Shown here: one piece after another, positions 10,543-19,179 of the stretch
Layout of the letters: each line of letters begins with the position of its first letter
Numbering within the stretch: the stretch's first letter is position 1
NCBI GenBank assembly: GCA_031459385.1
Contig: JAVKIP010000033.1
Span: 1-19,179 of the forward strand
Direction of reading: 5' to 3'
DNA length: 19,179 bases
Source: Candidatus Fervidifonticultor secundus
GTDB taxonomy: Bacteria > Sysuimicrobiota > Sysuimicrobiia > Sysuimicrobiales > Humicultoraceae
Position numbers and translations under genes: made by a program
Notes under the pieces: generated by a model
The model's database searches: none
The model's input: only the letters and a program-made list of their open reading frames with translations
What the model was told of the DNA's origin: nothing

Positions 10543-13002
10543 GTGCCGATGTTTGAACGGTTCACCGAGCGCGCGCGCCGTGTCATCATCCTCGCGCAGG
10601 AGGAAGCCAAGCGGCTCAACCACAGCGCGGTGGGAACCGAGCACATTCTGCTGGGCATCATCCGGGAGGGTGAGGGGGTTGCCAGCAAGGTTCTCGAGAG
10701 CCTCAACATCAGCCCGGAGCGTGTGCGCGCCGAGATCGAGGGCGCCATCGGGCGTGGCGAGCGGTCTCCCCACGAAGAAGTGGCGTTCACGCCCCGGGCC
10801 AAGAAGGTCCTGGAGCTGGCCCTGGACGAGGCCCGGCGGCTGGGGCACAACTACATCGGCACCGAGCACCTGCTGCTCGGCCTGATCCGGGAGGGTGAGG
10901 GGGTCGCGGCGCGGGTCCTGGAGGCGATGGGGGCCGACCTGGACCGCGTCCGCGCCCAGGTCGTCTACCTGCTGGGCGAGGAGGGGACGACGTCCTACGC
11001 CAAGCAGGCCAGCAAGACCCCGACGCTGGACGAGTTCGGCCGCGATCTGACCAAGCTGGCCCGCGAGAGCAAGCTCGATCCGGTGATCGGACGCGAGCGG
11101 GAGATCGAGCGGGTCATTCAGGTGCTCTCCCGCCGCACCAAGAACAACCCGGCGCTCATCGGCGAACCCGGCGTCGGCAAGACGGCCATCACCGAAGGTC
11201 TGGCGCAGCGCATCGTCCGTGGCGACGTCCCCGAGGTGCTCCGGCACAAGCGCGTCGTCCAGCTGGACCTGGCGGCGCTGGTGGCCGGCACCAAGTACCG
11301 CGGCGAGTTCGAAGAGCGCATGAAGAAGGTGATGGAGGAGATTCGCAAGGCGCAGGGCGAGGTCATCCTGTTCGTCGACGAGCTCCACACCCTGGTCGGC
11401 GCGGGCGCCGCCGAGGGTGCCATCGACGCCAGCAATATCCTGAAACCTGCGCTGGCCCGCGGCGAACTGCAGTGCATCGGCGCCACCACGCTGGACGAGT
11501 ACCGCAAGTACGTCGAGCGCGATGCGGCGCTGGAGCGCCGGTTCCAGCCGATCCTGGTGGCCGAGCCGACCGTGGAGCAGACCATCGAGATCCTCCGTGG
11601 CCTGCGCGACCGGTACGAGGCCCATCACGGTGTCACCATCAGCGATGAGGCCCTGGTGGCGGCCGCGACGCTGGCCGACAAGTACATCTCCGACCGCTTC
11701 CTGCCCGACAAGGCCATCGACCTGATGGACGAGGCCGCCAGCAAGATCCGGCTGCAGGCGTCGTTCCTGCCGCAGGAGCTGCGTCAGGCCATGGAGCGCG
11801 TGGAGCGCACGCGGCGTGAGAAGGAAGAGGCCAGCAAGGCACAGGACTTCGAGCGGGCCGCGCAACTGCGCGACCGCGAGCGGGTGCTGCGGCAGAAGCT
11901 CGAGGAGCTGCAGGGGTCCATCAAGCGCGAGAAGGGCCGCGAGCCCACCGTGGTGACCGCCGAGGACATCGCGGACATCGTCTCGTCGTGGACCGGCATC
12001 CCGGTCACGCGGCTGGTCGAGGAGGAGACGCAGAAGCTGCTGCGGATGGAAGAGACGCTCCACGAGCGCATCGTCGGTCAGGATGACGCCGTGCGGGCCG
12101 TGGCCAAGGCGGTACGCCGCGCGCGGGCGGGCCTGAAAGACCCCCGGCGGCCCATCGGGTCGTTCATCTTTTTGGGCCCCACGGGCGTCGGCAAGACCGA
12201 GCTGGCACGGGCGCTGGCCGAGTTCCTCTTCGGCGATGAAGGGGCCCTGGTCCGCATCGACATGTCGGAGTACAGCGAGCGGCACACCGTCTCGCGGCTC
12301 GTGGGCTCCCCGCCAGGGTACGTCGGCTACGAGGAGGGCGGCCAGCTCACCGAGGCGGTGCGCCGACGGCCGTTCTCGGTGGTGCTCTTCGACGAGATCG
12401 AAAAAGCGCACCCGGAGATCTTCAACGTGCTGCTGCAGATCCTGGACGACGGCCGGCTGACCGACGCCCAGGGGCGCACGGTGGACTTCAAGAACAGCGT
12501 GATCATCATGACGAGTAACGTCGGCGCCCCGCAGCTGGACAAGGAGGTCGGCATCGGCTTTCGTGCCGCGGGCTACGACGAGACGGTGGACCGCGAGCGG
12601 CAGTATGAGCGGATGCGGGAACATGTCATGGAAGAGCTGCGGCGGACGTTCCGGCCCGAGTTTCTCAACCGCCTGGACGAGATCATCGTCTTCCGGCCGC
12701 TCACCCACGAGCAGATCAAGGCCATCGTGGGGATCCTGATGGAGCGCGTGCGGCGCGAGCTGCGCGGCCAGAACATGGATCTGGAGCTGACGCCGGCCGC
12801 CCAGGAAGTGCTGGCGCGCGAAGGGTTCGACCCCAAGTTCGGCGCGCGTCCGCTGCGGCGCGCCATCCAGCGGTTGATCGAGGACCCGCTGTCCGACGAG
12901 CTGTTGCGCGGGCAGTTCCGGCGCGGCGACGTGGTCGTGGTCGATGCCCGCGACGAGAAGATCGTCTTCGAGCGCAAACGCGAGCCGGCCCTGGCCGAGT
13001 AG
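10543..13002 (+). CDS. clpC: ATP-dependent Clp protease ATP-binding subunit ClpC
   Basis: MFERFTERA start (ATG 10549; GTG 10543 has better SD spacing), two Clp N-repeats (GTEH), Walker A GEPGVGKT and GPTGVGKT, short UVR-like M domain ([13 protein letters not shown]), IGF ClpP-docking loop, GARPLRR. Confidence 0.96.
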   Translation: MPMFERFTERARRVIILAQEEAKRLNHSAVGTEHILLGIIREGEGVASKVLESLNISPERVRAEIEGAIGRGERSPHEEVAFTPRAKKVLELALDEARRLGHNYIGTEHLLLGLIREGEGVAARVLEAMGADLDRVRAQVVYLLGEEGTTSYAKQASKTPTLDEFGRDLTKLARESKLDPVIGREREIERVIQVLSRRTKNNPALIGEPGVGKTAITEGLAQRIVRGDVPEVLRHKRVVQLDLAALVAGTKYRGEFEERMKKVMEEIRKAQGEVILFVDELHTLVGAGAAEGAIDASNILKPALARGELQCIGATTLDEYRKYVERDAALERRFQPILVAEPTVEQTIEILRGLRDRYEAHHGVTISDEALVAAATLADKYISDRFLPDKAIDLMDEAASKIRLQASFLPQELRQAMERVERTRREKEEASKAQDFERAAQLRDRERVLRQKLEELQGSIKREKGREPTVVTAEDIADIVSSWTGIPVTRLVEEETQKLLRMEETLHERIVGQDDAVRAVAKAVRRARAGLKDPRRPIGSFIFLGPTGVGKTELARALAEFLFGDEGALVRIDMSEYSERHTVSRLVGSPPGYVGYEEGGQLTEAVRRRPFSVVLFDEIEKAHPEIFNVLLQILDDGRLTDAQGRTVDFKNSVIIMTSNVGAPQLDKEVGIGFRAAGYDETVDRERQYERMREHVMEELRRTFRPEFLNRLDEIIVFRPLTHEQIKAIVGILMERVRRELRGQNMDLELTPAAQEVLAREGFDPKFGARPLRRAIQRLIEDPLSDELLRGQFRRGDVVVVDARDEKIVFERKREPALAE

Positions 13003-13026
13003 CCGTCGGCCGGCACCGACACCGGC

Positions 13027-13058
13027 GAACCCGGGCCCGCGGGCCCGGGTTCCTTTTT
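13027..13058 (+). terminator. Rho-independent terminator after clpC
   Basis: Perfect inverted repeat gaacccgggcccgcgggcccgggttc (13027-13052) followed by cttttt. Confidence 0.8.
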
Positions 13059-13108
13059 CCGCCGGCGGCATCGGGCGCTCCGGTGGTCGATGACCGGGAG
13101 GGGAAGCC

Positions 13109-14449
13109 GTGGAGCGCACCCGCTTCGTCTGCCAGGCCTGCGGGCACACGTCGGCCAAGTGGCTGGGACGGTGTCCCGGGTGCGGGGAGTGGAACACGCT
13201 CGCCGAAGAGGTCGTCCGGGCTGCCGGGCGGGGCACGCGACCGCCGGCGGCTGCCGAGCCGGTCTCGGTGGCTGCCGTGGACCTGGTACAGGAGGCGCGC
13301 ACCCCCAGCGGCCTGGCCGAGTTCGACCGCGTGCTCGGCGGCGGCGTCGTGGCCGGCTCCGTCGTGCTGGTGGGAGGCGATCCGGGCGTCGGCAAGTCCA
13401 CCTTGCTGACGCTCATCGCGCACCGGCTGACGCGCGCCGATCGGCCAGTCCTCTACGTCACCGCCGAGGAGTCGGCGCGGCAGACGCGCCTCCGGGCGGA
13501 GCGGCTGGGGGCCCTGGCACCCGAACTGCTCCTGCTGGCGGAAACCGACCTGGACGCGATCGCCGAGACCGTGCGGCGCGTGCGGCCGGCGGCGCTCATC
13601 GTGGACTCGATCCAGACCGTGTACCGGGGCGACGTGGCCTCGGCGCCGGGCAGTGTCGCCCAGGTCCGCGAGTGCGCCGCCTCGCTGGTGCGGCTCGCCA
13701 AGGACGAGGGCATCGCGACGTTCCTGGTCGGGCACGTGACCAAGGAGGGCGCGCTGGCCGGCCCGCGCGTCCTGGAGCATCTGGTGGATACGGTCCTGTA
13801 CTTCGAAGGCGACCGCCACCACGCGTACCGCGTGCTCCGGGCCACGAAGAACCGGTTCGGGCCCACCAACGAGATCGGCGTCTTCGAGATGACCGCCGCC
13901 GGCCTGCGCGAAGTGCCCAACCCCTCGGCCGCCTTCCTCGCCGAGCGACCTGCAGGCACGCCCGGCTCGGCCGTGGTGTGCGCCATTGAGGGCACGCGCC
14001 CCGTCCTCGTGGAGGTCCAGGCGCTGGTGACGCCGACGCACTTCGGCATGCCCCGGCGGACCGCATCGGGCGTCGACTACAACCGGCTGTTGTTACTGCT
14101 GGCGGTGCTGGAACGGCGCGCGGGGCTGCGGCTGGGCGACCAGGACGTCTACGCCAGCATCGCCGGCGGGCTCACCGTCGAGGAGCCGGCCGCCGATCTC
14201 GGCATCGCCCTGGCGGTGGCCAGCAGCCTCCGCGATCGGCCCGTGGACCCGCAGACCGTGGTCGTGGGCGAAGTGGGACTGGGCGGGGAGATACGCGGCG
14301 TGCCACAACTCGTGCGGCGGGTGGCCGAGGCCGCGCGGCTGGGCTTCGGGCGGGTGGTGGTGCCGGCGCAGGCCGTACAGGAGATTCCCGCGGGCGTCGA
14401 GGTGGTTGCGGTCCGCGATCTGAGCGGCGCGCTCCGGGCCCTGCTCTGA
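13109..14449 (+). CDS. radA: DNA repair protein RadA/Sms
   Basis: C4 zinc finger CQACG...WLGRCPGCGEWN, Walker A GDPGVGKST, IVDSIQT, KNRFG motif and a Lon-like C-terminal domain. Confidence 0.97.
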   Translation: MERTRFVCQACGHTSAKWLGRCPGCGEWNTLAEEVVRAAGRGTRPPAAAEPVSVAAVDLVQEARTPSGLAEFDRVLGGGVVAGSVVLVGGDPGVGKSTLLTLIAHRLTRADRPVLYVTAEESARQTRLRAERLGALAPELLLLAETDLDAIAETVRRVRPAALIVDSIQTVYRGDVASAPGSVAQVRECAASLVRLAKDEGIATFLVGHVTKEGALAGPRVLEHLVDTVLYFEGDRHHAYRVLRATKNRFGPTNEIGVFEMTAAGLREVPNPSAAFLAERPAGTPGSAVVCAIEGTRPVLVEVQALVTPTHFGMPRRTASGVDYNRLLLLLAVLERRAGLRLGDQDVYASIAGGLTVEEPAADLGIALAVASSLRDRPVDPQTVVVGEVGLGGEIRGVPQLVRRVAEAARLGFGRVVVPAQAVQEIPAGVEVVAVRDLSGALRALL

Positions 14450-14453
14450 GCGG

Positions 14454-14471
14454 CGCGCCGCGCGCGGCGCG
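14454..14471. other. 18-bp perfect GC palindrome between convergent radA and the minus-strand gene
   Basis: cgcgccgcgcgcggcgcg is its own reverse complement; no U-tract on either strand, so function is uncertain. Confidence 0.3.
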
Positions 14472-14488
14472 GTGGCCGCCGGTGGCCG

Positions 14489-14884
14489 TTACGTCAGGTG
14501 AAAGACGCCCAGCGTAGCGACCCGCTCGTGCTCCTTGCGCAGGATCGCCTCGAGGTCGAGGTCCAGCAGGCTGGCGGTGGCGGCCAGGTAAAACAACGTC
14601 GTGCCGATCTCCGTCTCCAGGATCTCACGGCAGCGCTCGCACAACGCGCCGTCGACGTGCGTCTGCATGACCGCCTTGACTTCTGCCAGGCTCATCTCGG
14701 CGGGGAATCGCTGTTTCCCGGCCCTGATCGAGATGCACCCGCAGGCGGTGACACACTTGGCAATGGCGCGATTGACGCGGGCAGCGGATTCAGTGAGCTT
14801 GCTCTGCACATCGAGGATACTGCGGTGGCGGATCAGGTATTCCGAGACCGTGTGCTGGAAGGAGCCTTGATCGATCTCTGCCAT
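14489..14884 (-). CDS. Conserved hypothetical Cys-rich protein (131 aa) with a MazG-like C-terminal helix
   Basis: MAEIDQGSFQHTVSEYLIRHRSILD...CVTACGC...LCERC...EIGTTLFYLAA; strong AAAGGAG RBS upstream of ATG 14884 and its own consensus promoter. Confidence 0.85.
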   Translation of the reverse strand: MAEIDQGSFQHTVSEYLIRHRSILDVQSKLTESAARVNRAIAKCVTACGCISIRAGKQRFPAEMSLAEVKAVMQTHVDGALCERCREILETEIGTTLFYLAATASLLDLDLEAILRKEHERVATLGVFHLT

Positions 14885-14927
14885 AGCGAACGCTCCTTTG
14901 GATCGCATCTGGCGCGACGACGGTCCC

Positions 14928-14957
14928 ATTATAGAAACCGCCCTGCACGGCTGTCAA
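14928..14957 (-). promoter_or_regulatory. Consensus sigma70/SigA promoter for the 14489-14884 gene
   Basis: Minus strand TTGACA (14957-14952), 18-bp spacer, TATAAT (14933-14928). Confidence 0.85.
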
Positions 14958-14986
14958 ACCGCGGCGCTTCTCCGCGCGCAAATCGC

Positions 14987-14997
14987 TGTGCTATACT
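14987..14997 (+). promoter_or_regulatory. Extended -10 promoter for the PIN/TRAM-ispDF operon
   Basis: TGTGcTATACT; back-to-back with the minus-strand promoter. Confidence 0.7.
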
Positions 14998-15067
14998 TTC
15001 AGGCGCAAGTCGGTGTCATGAGACCGGGCAGCGCTGCGCGCGCGTGGAGTGGCCCGGGAGGAGATCC

Positions 15068-16147
15068 ATGCGTGACAGCGTGATGCGTGCGGTCGGCGCA
15101 CTGCTGGGAGGCGTGGCGGGATACCAGATCGCACTCCTCGCGGGCGAGTACTGGACGTCGGTGGCAGCCGCGGGGTTTCGCCCGCAGGCGTTGGGCGTCA
15201 TCCTCGGCGGGCTGGTGGGGCTACTGGCGGTGCCGCCACTGTCGCGCGCGTTCGTGGCAGCCATGGCGTGGGTGCTGCACCCGCTGGCCGGTCTCTCGCT
15301 CCACGATCTGATTTTGGGCGGCCTGGGCCTCGTCGTGGGGCTCATGCTGGCCCTCTTCGTCGGCTACCTGCTGGAGGGCATGCCGCTCATCGGACCGTAC
15401 GTCCGGCTGGTGGCTGGTGTGGTGCTCGGATACCTCGGGCTGCACGTGGCGCTACAGCGGCGCGACGAGCTGGCCGGGATCCTGCGCCGCCAGGACGGGC
15501 CGGTGGCCGGGCCGCGCGGGCACGCGCATCCCAAGCTCCTCGACACCAGCGTGGTCATCGATGGGCGCATCGCCGACATCTGCCGCGCGGGGTTCCTGGA
15601 GGGGCCGCTGCTCGTGCCGCGGTCGGTGCTCACAGAGCTGCAGCGGATCGCGGACTCCGCCGACGCGGTCCGGCGCAACCGCGGCCGGCGGGGGCTCGAC
15701 ATCCTGAACCGCCTGCGCCGCGAGCTGGACTCGGTGCAGGTGATCGAGGACATCGGGGACGCGCTGGACGTCGACGCGCAGCTGATCGCGCTGGCCAGGG
15801 CGCACGACGCCTGGGTAGTCACCAACGATTTCAACCTGAGCAAGGTTGCCGAGCTCCAGGGCGTGCGGGTGCTCAACGTCAACGAGCTGGCGCAGGCGGT
15901 GCGGCCCACGGTGCTCCCCGGTGAGGAACTCACCGTCCAGGTCATCCGCGATGGGAAGGAAGCAGGCCAGGGCATCGCCTACCTTGACGACGGCACGATG
16001 ATCGTGGTAGAAGGCGGCAAGCGCCTCATCGGTGAAACGTCCGAGGTTGTAGTCACCAGCATGCTCCAGACGTCGGCGGGACGCATGATCTTCGCCCGCC
16101 CGAAGTCCAGCGAGCCCACCGGTCCCTCGTCGCTGCCCAAGCGGTGA
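15068..16147 (+). CDS. Membrane-anchored PIN/TRAM domain protein (YacL-like, 359 aa)
   Basis: About four N-terminal hydrophobic segments, PIN motifs KLLDTSVVIDGRI, RGRRGLDIL, VTNDFNL, TRAM-like GKEAGQGIAYLDDGTMIVVE; GGAGGAG RBS at 15057-15063; usual position before ispD. Confidence 0.92.
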   Translation: MRDSVMRAVGALLGGVAGYQIALLAGEYWTSVAAAGFRPQALGVILGGLVGLLAVPPLSRAFVAAMAWVLHPLAGLSLHDLILGGLGLVVGLMLALFVGYLLEGMPLIGPYVRLVAGVVLGYLGLHVALQRRDELAGILRRQDGPVAGPRGHAHPKLLDTSVVIDGRIADICRAGFLEGPLLVPRSVLTELQRIADSADAVRRNRGRRGLDILNRLRRELDSVQVIEDIGDALDVDAQLIALARAHDAWVVTNDFNLSKVAELQGVRVLNVNELAQAVRPTVLPGEELTVQVIRDGKEAGQGIAYLDDGTMIVVEGGKRLIGETSEVVVTSMLQTSAGRMIFARPKSSEPTGPSSLPKR

Positions 16148-16153
16148 GGGCAG

Positions 16154-17323
16154 GTGTGCTTCTCGCCCGTGGGTGAGGAGACCGCCGGCGCGGTCATCGT
16201 GGCGGCCGGCGAGGGCCAGCGCCTCCAGGGGCCCGTGCGCAAGCCGTTCCTGCCTCTGGACGGGACCACCGTGCTGGACCGCGCGCTCTCGGCGTTCGTG
16301 GAGTGCCCGCGGATCGGTCCTATCGTGGTCGTGGTAGCTGCGGCCGCCGCGGATGCGCTGCGGTCCCGGCTGCCCCCGCGCGTGACGGCCGTGGTGCCGG
16401 GGGGCGCGACGCGCCGCGCCTCGGTGGCCGCAGGGCTCGCGGTGCTCGACGAGGTGGGCTGGGTGGTGGTGCACGACGGCGTGCGTCCCTTCGTGACCCC
16501 GGAGCTGATCTCCCGCGTGGTGGACGCGGCCGCCGAGACCGGCGCGGCCACCCCCGGCCTGGCCGTCACCGACACGCTCAAGGTCGTGGAGGGAGATCGC
16601 GTCCGCCGCACCGTCGACCGCCGGGGGCTCGTGGCGGTGCAGACGCCCCAGGCGTTCCGGACGACGCTGTTGCGGCGGGCGCATGCAGCAGTGCCGCTCG
16701 ACGCGCACGTGACCGACGACGCCGAGCTGGTCGAGCGGCTGGGGGTCGCGGTGCGGGTCGTACCCGGCGATCCCGCCAACCTGAAGATCACGACGCTAGC
16801 GGACTACGAGCTGGCCCGGCGGTACGCCGGGCGCATGGCCGGCGACCTCCGGGTGGGCATGGGTGTGGATGCCCACCGTCTGGTACCCGACCGACCGCTC
16901 GTGCTGGGCGGGGTACGCATTCCCCATGCCCGCGGGCTCGAGGGACATTCCGATGCCGATGCTCTGACCCACGCGGTCATCGATGCCCTCCTCGGCGCCG
17001 CTGGCCTGCCGGATATCGGCCGGCAGTTCCCTCCCGACGACCCGGCCTTCCGCAACGCCGACAGCCTGGACCTGTTGACCCGGGTGGTGGCGGACCTGGC
17101 GACAGCGGGCTGGACCGTGGTGAACGTGGATGCCGTCGTCTGCGCGGAGGAGCCGCGGCTGGCGCCCCATGTGGAGACGATGCGCGAACGGCTGGCAGAG
17201 GTGCTGGGCGTCGCCCCCGCGTGCGTGGGCATCAAGGCCACGACATGGGAAGGGCTGGGCGCGACCGGGCGCGGCGACGGCATCACGGCTCAGGCGGTGG
17301 CGCTCGTGCGGAGGCAGGCGTGA
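16154..17323 (+). CDS. ispDF: Bifunctional IspD/IspF (MEP cytidylyltransferase / MEcPP synthase)
   Basis: IspD motifs IVAAGEGQRL..K, VHDGVRPF, QTPQAF, NLKITT fused in frame to IspF motifs RVGMGVDAH, GHSDAD, DIG..FP, IKATT; GTG 16169 is an alternative start. Confidence 0.93.
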   Translation: MCFSPVGEETAGAVIVAAGEGQRLQGPVRKPFLPLDGTTVLDRALSAFVECPRIGPIVVVVAAAAADALRSRLPPRVTAVVPGGATRRASVAAGLAVLDEVGWVVVHDGVRPFVTPELISRVVDAAAETGAATPGLAVTDTLKVVEGDRVRRTVDRRGLVAVQTPQAFRTTLLRRAHAAVPLDAHVTDDAELVERLGVAVRVVPGDPANLKITTLADYELARRYAGRMAGDLRVGMGVDAHRLVPDRPLVLGGVRIPHARGLEGHSDADALTHAVIDALLGAAGLPDIGRQFPPDDPAFRNADSLDLLTRVVADLATAGWTVVNVDAVVCAEEPRLAPHVETMRERLAEVLGVAPACVGIKATTWEGLGATGRGDGITAQAVALVRRQA

Positions 17324-17700
17324 GCGCCCGCCGCCGGCGGCCTGCACCTGCCCGGCGGCGCCGGCCCGGGGCCGGCGGTCGTCCGGGGGCGGGGCTGGCG
17401 CACGACGTCGTCTTCATCGAGCGTGCGGCGCTCGCCGAACCGGTAGCCGTGGAGCTGGCGCTGCCGGCGGCGCCGCGGCCCCGGCTCGTCGGCTTCTGGC
17501 GCGGGCGGGAGTTCCACACCATCGTGCGCACCGTGGCCGTCCGCCGCGAACACGAGGCCACCTACCACCGGGTGGTCACGGACCGCGGGGCGTTCGACCT
17601 GCGCGCGGTGCGCCGGATGCACCCCCTCACGCTGCGCGTGCACCGCGCCTGGGAACTGTGCGCCGAACTGGAGATGGTGCCCGTCGCCCGCCACCCTTAG
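17320..17700 (+). CDS. Small hypothetical protein (126 aa), DUF6504/ImuB-C-like
   Basis: C-terminal part of track ORF 16303..17700; GTG overlaps the ispDF stop (GTGA) with GGAGG at 17310-17314; pattern EPVAV...FWRGREF..IVR...YHRVVTDRGAFDL...WEL. Confidence 0.65.
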   Translation: MSARRRRPAPARRRRPGAGGRPGAGLAHDVVFIERAALAEPVAVELALPAAPRPRLVGFWRGREFHTIVRTVAVRREHEATYHRVVTDRGAFDLRAVRRMHPLTLRVHRAWELCAELEMVPVARHP

Positions 17701-17728
17701 AGGCTGCGCCGCGCGGCCGCACGTGCCC

Positions 17729-17758
17729 TTGTGGGTCCTGCAGGTCGCCCAGTAGACT
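17729..17758 (+). promoter_or_regulatory. Possible promoter for the cysS-like gene
   Basis: TTGTGG (17729-17734), 18-bp spacer, TAGACT (17753-17758); GAGGTG RBS at 17767-17772. Confidence 0.4.
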
Positions 17759-17776
17759 GATCACGCGAGGTGGGCT

Positions 17777-19179
17777 ATGCCGCTGCAGGTCTACAATTCG
17801 CTGACCCGCCGCAAGGAGCCGTTCACCACCCTCGAACCCGGCCGCGTACGCATGTACGTCTGCGGTCCCAACCTCTACGGGCCGGCGCACGTGGGCCACG
17901 CGCTGTCGTACACGGTTTTCGACGTCATCCGTCGCTACCTGGAGTACCGCGGCTACCAGGTCCGCCACGTGCAGAACTTCACCGACATCGAAGACCGGAT
18001 CGTCGAGCGGGCACGGCGGGAAGGTCGCAGCATCTTCGAGATCGGCCAGGAGTACCTCGAGCGCTTCCTCGCCGAAATGGACGCCCTTGGTATCCAGCGC
18101 GCGCACCACTACCCGCGGGCCACCCAGGTCATCCCCAAGATGATCGAGATCATCGAGACGCTGATCGCCCGGGGCAACGCTTACGCCGTCGATGGGGACG
18201 TGTACTTCCGGGTGACCTCGGTGCCGCACTACGGGGCGCTGGCGGGCAGGACGCTGGAACAGATGCAGGCGGGCGCCCGCGTGGACGTGGACGAGCGCAA
18301 GGAGCACCCCATGGACTTCGCGCTGTGGAAGGCCGCCAAGCCCGGGGAGCCGGCCTGGGACAGCCCCTGGGGGCCCGGCCGGCCCGGCTGGCACATCGAG
18401 TGCTCTGCCATGTCGATCCAGTTCCTGGGCGAGCAACTCGACGTGCACGGCGGCGGAGAGGACCTGCGGTTCCCGCACCACGAGAACGAGATCGCCCAGT
18501 CGGAGGCCTACACCCGCCGGCGGCCGTTCGTGCGATTCTGGATCCACAATGCGCTGATGAAGCCGCCGGTCGGTGAGGAGATGCACCGGCACCTGGGCAA
18601 CTTCGTCTCGATTCGCGACGCGCTGGCCCGGTACGAGGCGGACGTGATCCGGCTGTTCGTCCTCTCGGCCCACTACCGGACGCCGCTGCGCTGGACCGAC
18701 GAGGCCCTGGACGGCGCGGCGCGGGGGCTGGAGCGCCTGCGGACCGCCGCGGCGAACGCGGCGGCCGCGCTGGAGCGGACCTCCGGCGTACCCACCGCGG
18801 GCCCGCTGGCGGCGCGTGCCGAGGCCGCGCGGGAGGCGTTCGAGGCGGCCATGGACGACGACTTCAACACCCCGCAGGTCCTGGCCGCGCTGTTCGACCT
18901 GGCCGCCGACGTCAACCGTGGTGCGGCCGCCGCGCTCCAGGGCCACCGGGCCGCGTCGGGCGGGCTGGCGGCCGCTGCGGAGATGCTGCGGCGGCTGGCC
19001 GGCGTGCTGGGGCTGCGGCTCGACCGCATCGACGTGCCCGAGGCCACGGCCGCCGCGCTGGCACGCCTGCTGGATGATCTGCGCGCGCGGGAACCGGCGC
19101 TGTTCGCCGACGGCGCGCCGCCGGCGCATCCGGCGGCCATCGTGGCGGGGGGGGGGGGGGGGGGGGGGGGCCGGCCCCC
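17777..19179 (+). CDS. cysS: Cysteine--tRNA ligase-like protein with atypical catalytic motifs (3' truncated; missing from the ORF track because no stop is reached)
   Basis: Hand translation from ATG 17777: MPLQVYNSLTRRKEPF...MYVCGPNLYGPAHVGHAL...NFTDIEDRI...YPRAT...DFALWK...WDSPWGPGRPGWHIECSAM...DVHGGGEDLRFPHHENEIAQSEA...GEEMHRHLGNF...SAHYR...AMDDDFNTP. Confidence 0.88.
   Translation, partial: MPLQVYNSLTRRKEPFTTLEPGRVRMYVCGPNLYGPAHVGHALSYTVFDVIRRYLEYRGYQVRHVQNFTDIEDRIVERARREGRSIFEIGQEYLERFLAEMDALGIQRAHHYPRATQVIPKMIEIIETLIARGNAYAVDGDVYFRVTSVPHYGALAGRTLEQMQAGARVDVDERKEHPMDFALWKAAKPGEPAWDSPWGPGRPGWHIECSAMSIQFLGEQLDVHGGGEDLRFPHHENEIAQSEAYTRRRPFVRFWIHNALMKPPVGEEMHRHLGNFVSIRDALARYEADVIRLFVLSAHYRTPLRWTDEALDGAARGLERLRTAAANAAAALERTSGVPTAGPLAARAEAAREAFEAAMDDDFNTPQVLAALFDLAADVNRGAAAALQGHRAASGGLAAAAEMLRRLAGVLGLRLDRIDVPEATAAALARLLDDLRAREPALFADGAPPAHPAAIVAGGGGGGGGRP

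Noticed and set aside
10636..10904. Direct repeat accgagcac...atccgggagggtgagggggt at about 10636-10679 and 10861-10904
   Set aside because: Explained by the two Clp N-terminal repeats of ClpC; not CRISPR or a mobile repeat.
8857..13416. 1519-aa minus-strand ORF
   Set aside because: Antisense shadow of era, greA, clpC and radA caused by high-GC codon bias; no recognisable motifs.
17701..17776. T-box riboswitch before cysS
   Set aside because: The spacer is only 76 nt, with no T-box motif or terminator.
17627..19129. 500-aa minus-strand ORF and 268-aa plus-strand ORF 17770..18576
   Set aside because: Shadow frames of the cysS-like gene, which starts at 17777 in another frame.
19147..19179. 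Run of 24 G followed by ccggccccc at the window end
   Set aside because: Most likely a sequencing or assembly-end artefact; it interrupts cysS where the anticodon-binding domain should continue. Not treated as a phase-variable tract or G-quadruplex without read support.

Overview
High-GC bacterial chromosomal window with a Terrabacteria/Firmicutes-like housekeeping gene order: tilS (3' part) - ftsH - PncA-like cysteine hydrolase - membrane protein - ASCH protein - kptA (minus) - glutamate formiminotransferase - birA - conserved hypothetical - era - greA - clpC - radA - Cys-rich MazG-like protein (minus) - PIN/TRAM (yacL-like) - fused ispDF - small DUF6504-like ORF - cysS-like gene (open at the window end, which carries a probable poly-G artefact). 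Main anomalies: (1) the CysRS-like protein keeps its Zn/cysteine-binding ligands, but KMSKS reads EMHRH and other conserved motifs are also changed; (2) ftsH carries a 445-aa intein just after pore loop 1, containing an XRE-like HTH and an apparently decayed LAGLIDADG endonuclease; (3) clpC has no adjacent ctsR/mcsAB and instead has a structured leader with ECF-type promoter motifs and a hairpin that sequesters the RBS; (4) KptA has an altered NAD-binding motif. All calls come from reading motifs by eye; no searches were run.
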